A program made the position numbers and the translations under genes. Below are positions 37,124 through 45,869 of a DNA stretch of 64,000 nucleotides, one piece after another; within the stretch, counting starts at the first letter, position 1, and each line of letters begins with the position of its first letter. Under the pieces are notes generated by a model. That model was not told the origin of the DNA. It saw only the letters and a program-made list of their open reading frames with translations, and made no database searches. The stretch comes from a virus (taxonomy: Duplodnaviria; Heunggongvirae; Uroviricota; Caudoviricetes), in the IMG/VR virus record IMGVR_UViG_3300027673_000001, positions 82,759 through 146,758 of that record. The stretch is one strand, 5' to 3'.

Positions 37124-37789
37124 TTAGCCTCGCACCAAGTCCATGAATTCCTTACGCAGGGCAGGATCATTCTTGAATCCACCACCAAGTTTGGAAGTGA
37201 TTGTATAGGAGGAAGTGTCCTCCACGCCACGTTGTGCTACGCAGTAATGCTTACCACGAACAACAATAGCGATGTTGTCTGTCTCAAGGATACACTCGAG
37301 GGCATAGAAGAGCTGCTCAGCATAGCGTTCCTGAATCTGGGGACGTTGTGCGAAGAACTTGGCGATACGGTTCAGCTTGCTTAGACCCAATACCTTGTGC
37401 TTGGGAATGTAGGCGATGGACACCTTCTGGTCGATGGTAACGAAGTGATGTTCGCAGGAACTGATTGCGATGATGTCCTTTTCGACAACCATCTCATCGT
37501 AGTTCATCTTGTTATCAACTGTCGTGCACTTGGGGAAGTTGGCGTAGTCAAGACCTTGGAAGATCTCATTGACGTACATCTTTGCTACACGCTTTGGTGT
37601 ATCGACCAGGGAGTCATCCTGCAGGTCGAGACCAAGTACTTCCATGATAGCCGTGAAGTAATTCTCGATATAGGAGATCTTATGATCCTTTGGCATATCG
37701 CTATAGGCGTTCTTGACTACAGGAGTCTCTACGCCCTTGGCGATCAGGTAGGCGTTTACTTTTTCTCCGAGCTTTGCATCTGTTTTCAT
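37124..37789 (-). CDS. folE: GTP cyclohydrolase I
   Basis: SSCEHHF and KHYCVAQRG motifs, 221 aa. Confidence 0.8.
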   Translation of the reverse strand: MKTDAKLGEKVNAYLIAKGVETPVVKNAYSDMPKDHKISYIENYFTAIMEVLGLDLQDDSLVDTPKRVAKMYVNEIFQGLDYANFPKCTTVDNKMNYDEMVVEKDIIAISSCEHHFVTIDQKVSIAYIPKHKVLGLSKLNRIAKFFAQRPQIQERYAEQLFYALECILETDNIAIVVRGKHYCVAQRGVEDTSSYTITSKLGGGFKNDPALRKEFMDLVRG

Positions 37790-37824
37790 ATTTGTTCCTT
37801 GTTGTGGTGATTGTTTATTTAGGT

Positions 37825-38337
37825 TCAGTCAAAAAGGTTCTCGTTCCACTCACGATGACCTTCCCTGAATGCCATGTTTGCCTGAGTCTCGCGGACTTCA
37901 ACTTTGTAGCACCACAGGCGTTGTGCTTCTCCAGGACCCCACATATCAGGGATGTAGACTCCATTGACGTATTTGTAGAGCATATCAGCCAGGGACTCAC
38001 AACCCAGTCTAGGCAGGACAACAATCTTTGCCATACCCTTCTGCTCTAGAAGTTTGAATGTCTCCATCTCTGGGTCATCTTGTGCTACGATAAGAGTGTG
38101 ATCGAACTGAGATTCCAGGACCTTCTTCAGTTCCTTCAACCCGCCGTAGTCCGCCACCCAGTTGCGAACATCAAGGTCGTTCGTGCCGAAGTAGAACTTC
38201 ATGCTAAACGCATAACCATGGATAGTGTTGCAGTGGCTGTCCGCTCTCCACTGGCGATAGGCGCAGGGGAAGGCATCGACGTACTCCTTGGTACTGGTGT
38301 ATTTGTAAGTGATTGGTTGGTTCATTATGTATTCCAT
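37825..38337 (-). CDS. queD: 6-carboxy-5,6,7,8-tetrahydropterin synthase QueD
   Basis: CxxxHG(H/Y) motif HCNTIHGYAF; 170 aa. Confidence 0.65.
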   Translation of the reverse strand: MEYIMNQPITYKYTSTKEYVDAFPCAYRQWRADSHCNTIHGYAFSMKFYFGTNDLDVRNWVADYGGLKELKKVLESQFDHTLIVAQDDPEMETFKLLEQKGMAKIVVLPRLGCESLADMLYKYVNGVYIPDMWGPGEAQRLWCYKVEVRETQANMAFREGHREWNENLFD

Positions 38338-39194
38338 TCGTTACCGTAGATAATGCACTGGAGCCTAGGAGAGAACCTAAATCCATACTTCATTGCCAAG
38401 TCTGCCACCTTACGTTGGTTCTTGGCGTAAGCTTCGTTCGTCCCGCCTTCGGGCATCAGGTAAACACTGACGCGGTCAAAAGGTATGTTCTCATAACCAG
38501 TCATCATAACATCGATGACTTCAAGAACAGATTCCTCGTCGTCCACTACGAACTTCAGGTCAACTTCACCCACTTTCAGATAGCTCTCGATTGCTTCTGG
38601 CTTGATGGCGTCCTCGATGCTTTCCCCAGAAGCCATGAGCTTTGGAGAAACGCTAAAGTGCATGTTTGCTTTTGTCTTATCAAAAACGTTTTCTCCTAGA
38701 ATCTGAGTGCCGTTAGTCTCGACAGTGATATATAGACTCTCAGCCAAACCCCTATCGTGAATCTGGTCGATCAATTCAGAATATGCTTTTTGCCATCCAG
38801 GGAGTAGAGGTTCTCCGCCTGTCAGTATCAGATGAAAGTCACGACTGAATACCTTAACATCCAAGAGCTCTTCAATTTTGTCTGTGATCTCATATACAGA
38901 CATCATGGGGCTAAAGTCCTTGAACTCAGGATAGACCGCCGCGTAAGTGTCACACCCAGTATTAACCAAGGGAAGTTCAGTAAACTTCTTACCCCTGTAC
39001 TTTTCAATATCGTTGATGATTTGTTGAACTTCAGGGTTTGGACCGTCAAACTTTGTTCCGTGAGTCAAGCCAAAGGACTTGCACCGAAAGTTACAACCAA
39101 AGCTCCTGAGAAAGATAGAAGGCACTCCTGCGTACCTACCTTCGCCTTGAATTGAGGAGAACAGCTCCGAGACTTTAATCTTTGCCTTTGACAT
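38325..39194 (-). CDS. queE: 7-carboxy-7-deazaguanine synthase QueE (radical SAM)
   Basis: Cx3Cx2C-like cluster FLRSFGCNFRCKSFGLTHG near N-terminus; 289 aa. Confidence 0.65.
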   Translation of the reverse strand: MSKAKIKVSELFSSIQGEGRYAGVPSIFLRSFGCNFRCKSFGLTHGTKFDGPNPEVQQIINDIEKYRGKKFTELPLVNTGCDTYAAVYPEFKDFSPMMSVYEITDKIEELLDVKVFSRDFHLILTGGEPLLPGWQKAYSELIDQIHDRGLAESLYITVETNGTQILGENVFDKTKANMHFSVSPKLMASGESIEDAIKPEAIESYLKVGEVDLKFVVDDEESVLEVIDVMMTGYENIPFDRVSVYLMPEGGTNEAYAKNQRKVADLAMKYGFRFSPRLQCIIYGNEWNT

Positions 39195-39301
39195 AGGGCT
39201 CCTTGTCTAAAAATATGTCTATGTGAGTATTATATAGGTTCATTTGCATTTCGTCTATTCATGGTTGAAGTCCCCGAAGGGACTTGAACTGTATTGAGTG
39301 C

Positions 39302-39514
39302 TTAGACCCAATAAGTTTCGCCGAAGTGTTGGTTATATTGTTTCTCAAAAGCTTCGGAGAACTCCTCCACTGCTTGACGGGTAACAACCAAACGCTCGTT
39401 CATTCGGTGGAACTTCTTATAGGCAAACTCCGGTCCGCCGATCAGTTCGTTTTCGCTATCGTAAATGCCCTTGAGTTGTTGGAGCTCGGCGGGGTTGAAT
39501 TTGTATTCGATCAT
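39302..39514 (-). CDS. hypothetical protein
   Basis: 70-aa ORF. Confidence 0.35.
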   Translation of the reverse strand: MIEYKFNPAELQQLKGIYDSENELIGGPEFAYKKFHRMNERLVVTRQAVEEFSEAFEKQYNQHFGETYWV

Positions 39515-39537
39515 CTTCGTTTCCTTTTGGTTAGTGC

Positions 39538-40434
39538 TTACTTGCAGGTCAGGTACTCGGCGTGCTCTGCCCAGGTGCCATCTTCGTCAGCTGCCCGAAC
39601 TTTTGCTACGGTGATCAGGGTGCGGAGGTTAACTTCGCTCATCTTCTCCTTGTTGTTGTCAATGAACTTCAGGGCGTCCTTCTTGATCGACATATCGAAC
39701 ATGGGCAGGAACTCATCTTCTTTGATCATAACCGCCATGCGGTCAACCACTTCCTGCAGAGTCATCGACAGGTCGATCACTGCGCTACGGCTACGGATAG
39801 CCTGGTCAATCTTGTCTTCGCTCATGTTGGAGATGAACACCACGCGACCAGTAAAGATAAACGAGCGAGGCAGATCTTCGTCACGCATATCTGCGTTCCA
39901 GGAAATAATGCGAGTGTCATAGGAATCCAGGGCGCCTTTGAGCAAGTTCAGTGCAACGGGATCCTTCAGAACGCTGTCGCAGTCGTCGAACACAATCACA
40001 GTATCGTTGTTCTCGAACAGGGTGCGATACAGACCCTTGGCAGTGCTGTAGCCCTTAACGATCACGAAGCTACGGGCCCGACGGATGTTAGAGCCTTCTT
40101 CGCTCTCTGCTACGATAGTGGAAATGTCCTTCAGACCACTTTCAATGAGTGCCTTCTTCACGGAGAAGGACTTGCCAAGACCGCCACTGCCAGAAACTAC
40201 AGCGGAAGCCTGGAGACCTTTGGCGACCATCTTGACAGTCTTGTTCAGGAACTCGAAGCGCTTGTTGACATGGAAGCGGTTCTCCGTCTTTTCGATGGAC
40301 ACTGCAGCCTTACCAACAGTCTTTGCGAAGAAGTTTTCTGCGTGCATCTTCAGGTTTGCGCGCTTGACCATCTCGCCATTGATGTAAACTTCAAAACGCT
40401 TACCTGCTGCATATACACCGTGTTTCATCTTCAA
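39538..40434 (-). CDS. P-loop AAA-type ATPase
   Basis: Walker A GSGGLGKS, Walker B VIVFDDCD; antisense 306-aa + ORF rejected. Confidence 0.55.
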   Translation of the reverse strand: MKMKHGVYAAGKRFEVYINGEMVKRANLKMHAENFFAKTVGKAAVSIEKTENRFHVNKRFEFLNKTVKMVAKGLQASAVVSGSGGLGKSFSVKKALIESGLKDISTIVAESEEGSNIRRARSFVIVKGYSTAKGLYRTLFENNDTVIVFDDCDSVLKDPVALNLLKGALDSYDTRIISWNADMRDEDLPRSFIFTGRVVFISNMSEDKIDQAIRSRSAVIDLSMTLQEVVDRMAVMIKEDEFLPMFDMSIKKDALKFIDNNKEKMSEVNLRTLITVAKVRAADEDGTWAEHAEYLTCK

Positions 40435-40464
40435 CTCCTGTTTAACTTGTTTCGCTATGTTTCT

Positions 40465-40493
40465 ATTATAGCACAGTCTTGAATAAAATTCAA
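40465..40493 (-). promoter_or_regulatory. consensus early promoter TTGAAT-N17-TATAAT
   Basis: ctattatagcacagtcttgaataaaattcaa. Confidence 0.6.
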
Positions 40494-40582
40494 ACTTTGT
40501 TGCGCCCTAAAAGTGCTTAAATTTCAGGCATTTAGGGAGTTTCAAACACAGAAAACAAGTGTAACAGAAGCCAGATTAAATG

Positions 40583-40996
40583 TCAAGGGTGAAGAACCTC
40601 TCCAGCAAAGACCTGGAATCGGTCACGCATCTCTTGCATTTTATTCTCAGGTACGTTATGAATGCTACCAAAGTGGCTAGTCATCCTGAAGACCTTCAAG
40701 GCGTGGTTGTTTTCCCGACAATAGTCAACATATGGTTTCATTTCCTTGAAAGTGGTAAAGGTATTAGAAACCACAACCAACTTACCAGCATCAAGGGATT
40801 CCGTAACACTGACGAAGCACTTGGAGTGAGCATAGTGAAGCCTCGAGGCTAGAAACTCATACTCACCTTTATCGTTTACCATGAACTGGTCAGCCTCAAA
40901 GTGAGCAGAATTTTCAACATCACGGAGAATATGCTTCGCTAAGGTAGACTTGCCGGACCCAGGCAACCCCCTGATAATGATAAGACCTTTTTCCAT
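40583..40996 (-). CDS. P-loop polynucleotide-kinase-like NTPase
   Basis: Walker A GLPGSGKSTLAK at N-terminus, 137 aa; resembles kinase module of Pnkp enzymes. Confidence 0.5.
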   Translation of the reverse strand: MEKGLIIIRGLPGSGKSTLAKHILRDVENSAHFEADQFMVNDKGEYEFLASRLHYAHSKCFVSVTESLDAGKLVVVSNTFTTFKEMKPYVDYCRENNHALKVFRMTSHFGSIHNVPENKMQEMRDRFQVFAGEVLHP

Positions 40997-41964
40997 TAAA
41001 ATCCCTTAATCTTTCTGTACTGAACCCAACCCTTGAGGTTTCCACTCCACAGATTTCCTTCCATATCCACATGGGAGACTCCCTTCTCGAAAGCCTCGTG
41101 GAGGTAGAATCTTGGATTCTCCATGGGGGTTGCCTGATGCTCTGTAGGGGAAGCATGGGCTTGTCTGTTTCCTGGAGTAAGATTCAGCATATCGAAAATC
41201 TTTTGTGCTTTCTCAACGCTAGTATCGTTCTTTCGATAGGATACCTGAGCGCAACAGCTAACGGAAATCTTCATTGCTTCATCTAGCGTGACTTCGATGC
41301 CCTCTGACCAATATTTACCTTCGCGCCTTTCGACGTAGGGCAAGTGCCATTCCCCGGGTGCGAGATGTTGAGGAGTAGAATGATGCCTAGCATCCCTGAC
41401 GCACTTCGCAAGCTCATGAATTTCTGGTTGCGCATCGTCATGATCCCTGAGCCAAAGGAAGTTGTCCCACTCAGTGCCACTCACAACAGAACGAACCATC
41501 ATGAATGGCTCAGTAACCCGGTTCACTACCTGCTTATGATTACCAAGTTCTGCCAGGGCCTTTGCGGAATCAATTGCGTTTGACGCAGCCAAACCCCATG
41601 CAATCTGAGATTTTAGGATTTCATCCTGCCCCAGCTCTTCAACGGCAGTCATCCCAGGTTTGTTCTTACCCCAATAAACAGGAACAGCCATGTTTTCAAG
41701 TATCTGCTTGTGCATGGCTTCAACAGGGATAGCACGGCTAGAGGCTGTGTTCTTGCTCAACATCCTATGTGTATTGAGTTCCGCAAGGATAAACCTCGGG
41801 TACTCAAGCTCCATAGTTACCATCCTATTGCCAATATCGTTTATGGAGTCAGCCACAACCCTAGCACTGATTCCGTTCTTACCTACAACCTTAACTGATT
41901 TCATGTCAATCTCCGTGATGTTTGAGGACTTCTTTGTTGCGAAGTTCTCGATGTATTTCTTCAA
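40996..41964 (-). CDS. thyX: flavin-dependent thymidylate synthase ThyX
   Basis: ThyX motif RHR-x7-S: THRMLSKNTASSRA. Confidence 0.7.
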   Translation of the reverse strand: MKKYIENFATKKSSNITEIDMKSVKVVGKNGISARVVADSINDIGNRMVTMELEYPRFILAELNTHRMLSKNTASSRAIPVEAMHKQILENMAVPVYWGKNKPGMTAVEELGQDEILKSQIAWGLAASNAIDSAKALAELGNHKQVVNRVTEPFMMVRSVVSGTEWDNFLWLRDHDDAQPEIHELAKCVRDARHHSTPQHLAPGEWHLPYVERREGKYWSEGIEVTLDEAMKISVSCCAQVSYRKNDTSVEKAQKIFDMLNLTPGNRQAHASPTEHQATPMENPRFYLHEAFEKGVSHVDMEGNLWSGNLKGWVQYRKIKGF

Positions 41965-42463
41965 AGGACCAGGGAGCCATATCCGCCGGACAGCGAGTAT
42001 CTATACCTACATCCATGGAGCGACCATGTGGTTTCGTCATAAGTCCCCCATGAACGTGCCCAAAAAGGTGGTATGAGCCATCATGCATATGCTGCCACTC
42101 CCTCATTGGATAATGGAACAGAACAATGGCGATCTTATCCACGCTGATTTTCTTGTAGTCCTGAACAGTGACGAACATGGACTGAATGGATTTGTCTCCT
42201 CGGATCACTTTATCGTGGTTGCCAAGGATTAGGTGTTTCTGTCCGTTCAACCTACGAACGATGCTCTTGGTTTCCTCGGCATTACCAAAGCTAAAGTCTC
42301 CTAGGAAGTAGACTGTGTCGTTTTGGCGAACTCGATTGTTGTGGGCCTCGATCATGAGCTCATTCATATGTAGAACGGTTTCCCCAAACCTAGTGTTGGG
42401 ACAGAACTTCTGAATGTTCTTATGATAGAAGTGGTTGTCTGATGTGAAAAATACGTTGTTCAT
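41906..42463 (-). CDS. calcineurin-like metallophosphoesterase
   Basis: SDNHFYH, GDFSFGN, GNHD motifs. Confidence 0.65.
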   Translation of the reverse strand: MNNVFFTSDNHFYHKNIQKFCPNTRFGETVLHMNELMIEAHNNRVRQNDTVYFLGDFSFGNAEETKSIVRRLNGQKHLILGNHDKVIRGDKSIQSMFVTVQDYKKISVDKIAIVLFHYPMREWQHMHDGSYHLFGHVHGGLMTKPHGRSMDVGIDTRCPADMAPWSFEEIHRELRNKEVLKHHGD

Positions 42464-42464
42464 T

Positions 42465-43373
42465 TTACTTTGTAGGTCCGTTTTCCTCGAACCACCTTTC
42501 TATGTATTCTCTTCGAGCCATTTCATCAAGCTCAAAGAACCTTTCGCGCTCTACTTCCTGTATCCAATGATGCAAGCCATAGAACTCCTCGTCAATAGAT
42601 TCCTTATCGAATCTGAGGAACTTTTCCCAGTTGCCCCTCATGAAGAACTTCTTAGTCAAGTAATGAGGAGACTTTATCTTTGTCCATTGCTCATCGTTAG
42701 TACAGAGAACGAACCCCTCATGCTTACAGTTCTTGACTATTTCCTTCAAGTGACCAAACCTGTAATATTGAGCGTCTACAATCAAAACAGGTGTACCATG
42801 CCATATCATCTTCTCGACTGATGTGTTGGCAAGTTCTGCTTCACGATTGAAGTCGTGCAAACGGTAACCTATAAAATGCAGGCCTTCAGGCTCTTCGATG
42901 ATATGTGGGTCTTTCTTGTGGACACACTCAAACATGAATGTTCCCCCTGCCCCCTCCTCGACAATGCACTTGAAGGTAGTCTTTTGAGATTCGCTCCAGC
43001 TTTCAAATATCTCCTTGGCGTACCCAATAAAGTCAGAATCCAAAGATCCTGTGGTGCTCCAAAGTAGGTCATCTTTATACCAAGTACAGGCTATCATAAA
43101 GCCGTTCACTTTTCTCGAGGCAAACACGAGCTCGTCGTCCTTAATGAAAGGCGCGTCTTCTTCTATGCCATAGTTGTGGATTTTCTTAAATGGCAGGGAA
43201 ACTATGTTCCAGTCACTATCAACCACAAGCCCCCGACATTCCCTCAGGAAATCATTCCAAAGAGATTTGAAGAAGACAGATCGCCTGTACTTCATGACAA
43301 AGAGGTCTGGGTTGGAAGTTTCCTTCCTCACTACCAAATCTTTGTTTGCTTCATAAAGGGATTCGATGTTCAT
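42465..43373 (-). CDS. RNA ligase-like nucleotidyltransferase
   Basis: Lysine motif I KVNG (KxNG), 302 aa, adjacent to kinase and phosphoesterase. Confidence 0.45.
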   Translation of the reverse strand: MNIESLYEANKDLVVRKETSNPDLFVMKYRRSVFFKSLWNDFLRECRGLVVDSDWNIVSLPFKKIHNYGIEEDAPFIKDDELVFASRKVNGFMIACTWYKDDLLWSTTGSLDSDFIGYAKEIFESWSESQKTTFKCIVEEGAGGTFMFECVHKKDPHIIEEPEGLHFIGYRLHDFNREAELANTSVEKMIWHGTPVLIVDAQYYRFGHLKEIVKNCKHEGFVLCTNDEQWTKIKSPHYLTKKFFMRGNWEKFLRFDKESIDEEFYGLHHWIQEVERERFFELDEMARREYIERWFEENGPTK

Positions 43374-43804
43374 AGCATATCCATCATATCACCAGGGTCT
43401 CCTCGAAGCTTCAGGATTTCTGCATCCATACCTTCTTCAAAGAGTGTCCAATTTTCATAAATGCAGTCTGCAGCACCGTTTCGTTTCAGCTTCTCAGACA
43501 CAATGAAAGCCACAAATGCCGAGGAGATTCGCCGTCCTTCTTCTTCGCTCTGCAGGAGACCACCTTCGGCTGAGTAAGCAGTGATAGCCAGAAGAAGAAT
43601 TTGACACGCCGCTTCAACGTCCGATTCAAATGCCTCCGCCAGAGTGATGACTTCATTAAGATCATCATCGCTCATTTTGCTAATGTACTCGCCGGGTGAG
43701 AAGTACTCCTGCTCCTTGATGGTTGATATCATGTCTCTTAGTACACTAGAGCACGGTCCCTGGAGTACGCTATCGTAGTTTACGGTGTAGGCTTCGAAGT
43801 TCAT
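43370..43804 (-). CDS. hypothetical acidic protein
   Basis: 144-aa ORF. Confidence 0.4.
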   Translation of the reverse strand: MNFEAYTVNYDSVLQGPCSSVLRDMISTIKEQEYFSPGEYISKMSDDDLNEVITLAEAFESDVEAACQILLLAITAYSAEGGLLQSEEEGRRISSAFVAFIVSEKLKRNGAADCIYENWTLFEEGMDAEILKLRGDPGDMMDML

Positions 43805-43989
43805 TTTGATTGCTCTTTCTTCTCCAAGGAGAGTTCATATTTGGCGAGTTTTGCCATGTATAGAAAAGTTTTAGGGAACTGTTCAAAGTCGGGTATTCTG
43901 TCCCCGAACATCGTTTCCATCTTTTGGAGTATAGATTCCTCAATCAACCCAGACGTCTGAGTGGATTTGCTTGTGTTTTCGCTTTTCAT
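43801..43989 (-). CDS. hypothetical protein
   Basis: 62-aa ORF. Confidence 0.3.
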   Translation of the reverse strand: MKSENTSKSTQTSGLIEESILQKMETMFGDRIPDFEQFPKTFLYMAKLAKYELSLEKKEQSK

Positions 43990-44101
43990 TCTTTCGCTTG
44001 TCTTTGTGTTTACCCGCCTTGCGTTTGATTGCCAACACCACTAGGAAGTTTCTTTCCTTGAGGTTTTTTACTTTGATTTCAAATCCTTGCTTCTTGGACA
44101 T
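43940..44101 (-). CDS. small basic protein
   Basis: Internal ATG (44101); Lys/Arg-rich; overlaps previous ORF in different frame. Confidence 0.3.
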   Translation of the reverse strand: MSKKQGFEIKVKNLKERNFLVVLAIKRKAGKHKDKRKNEKRKHKQIHSDVWVD

Positions 44102-44161
44102 TCTAAGCCTCGCTGGCAACATAAATAAGATGTACACAAAGTCTAACAGGAAAAGGAATAA

Positions 44162-44365
44162 ATGTCAAGGTTCGTCGTCCTCAAAGGTTCTGAACTCATC
44201 ATCTCTGAAACCATAGAAGAACTCCCAGACGACTTTGATCACCTTATAGAGTTTGCTCCAGACTACCCAGAAGGTCCTCATACTCATGAGCAACATGAGG
44301 AGATGGAGTCATGGAACGACAAACTTCAAAAACTTTTGGAGAAGGAACGTGCCCGCAGTCACTAG
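44162..44365 (+). CDS. hypothetical acidic protein
   Basis: 67-aa + strand ORF in a 3-gene + island. Confidence 0.4.
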   Translation: MSRFVVLKGSELIISETIEELPDDFDHLIEFAPDYPEGPHTHEQHEEMESWNDKLQKLLEKERARSH

Positions 44366-44639
44366 AATAGGCGATGCCGACGTTCCCCATTGTTCAGGTA
44401 TGGTTAGGGCTCAAGGAAGCCCCGACGTTTTTGCCAATAACATACCGATCTCCAGACAGTCGGACTTAAACACCACTCACTTACTTCCTGGTGTTCCGTG
44501 CCCGCCTCATGCAGCGCCGATTACGACAGGAAGCTCAACGGTTTTTATAAATGGGCTAGGTTGTGGGAGAATTGGAGATGCCATCACTGGTTGCACATCG
44601 GTGGCAGCCGGTTCCCATAACGTGTTCGCAGGGGGTTAA
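44286..44639 (+). CDS. PAAR-repeat protein (gp5.4-like spike tip)
   Basis: PAAR-domain pattern RIGDADVPHCSG ... PCPPHAAPITTGSSTVFINGLGCGRIGDAITGC; start uncertain (44286 overlapping upstream ORF or ATG at 44400). Confidence 0.55.
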   Translation: MSNMRRWSHGTTNFKNFWRRNVPAVTRIGDADVPHCSGMVRAQGSPDVFANNIPISRQSDLNTTHLLPGVPCPPHAAPITTGSSTVFINGLGCGRIGDAITGCTSVAAGSHNVFAGG

Positions 44640-44978
44640 ATGGAAATGGCAGGTATATTGGGTCTTGCTTCTGGGCTTCCGGGAGCCTTCAGCGTGGTCT
44701 TCTCTTTTACAGCTCTGGCTGTTTCTACATGGCTGTACTTCAAAAGAGTAGGTCTAGAGAAGGAGAAAACTGAGAGTTCGGTGCATGACCTTCAAATCAA
44801 ATCATTGATAGAACAGATAGAGCTTTTGTCTACTGAGCTTTCCAGCGCCAGAATACAAATATCTGTCATCCACACGCAAAACTTGGAGCTCATGGCTCAA
44901 TTAAGAACCGCGAACTCCAAGATTAACGAATTGGAGAGCATCCTCTCCAAATCATCAGACAGCTCAAAGAGTCTTTAA
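44640..44978 (+). CDS. type-II membrane protein with coiled coil (i-spanin-like?)
   Basis: N-terminal TM (ILGLASGLPGAFSVVFSFTALAV) followed by heptad-rich region. Confidence 0.4.
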   Translation: MEMAGILGLASGLPGAFSVVFSFTALAVSTWLYFKRVGLEKEKTESSVHDLQIKSLIEQIELLSTELSSARIQISVIHTQNLELMAQLRTANSKINELESILSKSSDSSKSL

Positions 44979-45440
44979 GCGATCCGCACAGATAGAAGCT
45001 GCCCAGGAGTTTGGCTTAACCACAGGGTCAAGACCACAAACCCCCTTGATGTATCCAACAGCTTCACCAAGGGCGCAGGAGCTTCCATGGATTTCCAAGG
45101 GGTTGATATCCAAGTGAAGCTCAACGTGTCGCTTCTCGAGATCGACAGCTTCGGACACCTTCAAGTACAGTTCGGCGATTTTCATCACCTCTGTCATCAA
45201 ACGCATCTTTGGTCGATCTAGGTTGCGATCATAGTCTCGCTCCCTTTGTACCTCACCGAACACTTTTGCTCCGTGCTTTCCGTCTATATGGACAGCCACG
45301 ATAAGCAAGTAGTCGACCATCCAAACCCCATCAACATTCACACGCTCGGAGTCCGCACCAAAGTAAATCTTTGTTTCCGCAGATTGTGATTCGATGTATG
45401 ACTTCAGTGTTTCGATGTCGATGGTGATTTGCCGTGCCAT
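44964..45440 (-). CDS. hypothetical protein
   Basis: 158-aa ORF. Confidence 0.4.
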   Translation of the reverse strand: MARQITIDIETLKSYIESQSAETKIYFGADSERVNVDGVWMVDYLLIVAVHIDGKHGAKVFGEVQRERDYDRNLDRPKMRLMTEVMKIAELYLKVSEAVDLEKRHVELHLDINPLEIHGSSCALGEAVGYIKGVCGLDPVVKPNSWAASICADRLKTL

Positions 45441-45449
45441 GGTTTTTCC

Positions 45450-45698
45450 TTAGATGTATTCTTGGTAGAGTTTGGTGATGACGCCGTGGTCCATTTTCCA
45501 CATCACCTTGGGTTTTGCGCCTTCTTTATAGGCTTCCAGTGCCGAGTTCAGGCGGTCAGTGAACTCGATGCAAACGCCCAGGCTTTCTACTTTGTAGATG
45601 GGCTGGCGTTGCTTTTGTACGGGTTTGTCAAACACCGCACGATTCTGTACCTCCACGACTTTGCGTTTGTGGGGGCGAGGGGTATAGTTGATTGCCAT
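45450..45698 (-). CDS. hypothetical protein
   Basis: Start at MAINYTP (45698) with AAGGAG RBS. Confidence 0.4.
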   Translation of the reverse strand: MAINYTPRPHKRKVVEVQNRAVFDKPVQKQRQPIYKVESLGVCIEFTDRLNSALEAYKEGAKPKVMWKMDHGVITKLYQEYI

Positions 45699-45700
45699 TT

Positions 45701-45814
45701 TTACTCCTTGTTGAAAACCATAAAGATAATGCCCACCATGATGAATAGGCACAAAACCAGAATCATGTCGTTCCACATGCCGTCCATGGAGACCCAAGCA
45801 AAAAGTTCAGTCAT
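45701..45814 (-). CDS. very small membrane protein (37 aa)
   Basis: ATG 45814 with AAAGGAA RBS; hydrophobic MTELFAWVSMDGMWNDMILVLCLFIMVGIIFMVF. Confidence 0.3.
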   Translation of the reverse strand: MTELFAWVSMDGMWNDMILVLCLFIMVGIIFMVFNKE

Positions 45815-45840
45815 CTGATTTCCTTTGTTACTAAGTCTCT

Positions 45841-45869
45841 AGTATAAGAGTTCTATGATTAAATGTCAA
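45841..45869 (-). promoter_or_regulatory. sigma70-like early promoter TTGACA-N17-TATACT
   Basis: Reverse strand GTTGACATTTAATCATAGAACTCTTATACT. Confidence 0.5.

Noticed and set aside
37397-37810. 137-aa + strand ORF
   Set aside because: Antisense to folE (CEHH motifs on the - strand).
39562-40482. 306-aa + strand ORF
   Set aside because: Antisense to the P-loop ATPase 39538-40434. It has no motif content, and the - strand gene is supported by Walker motifs and an upstream consensus promoter.
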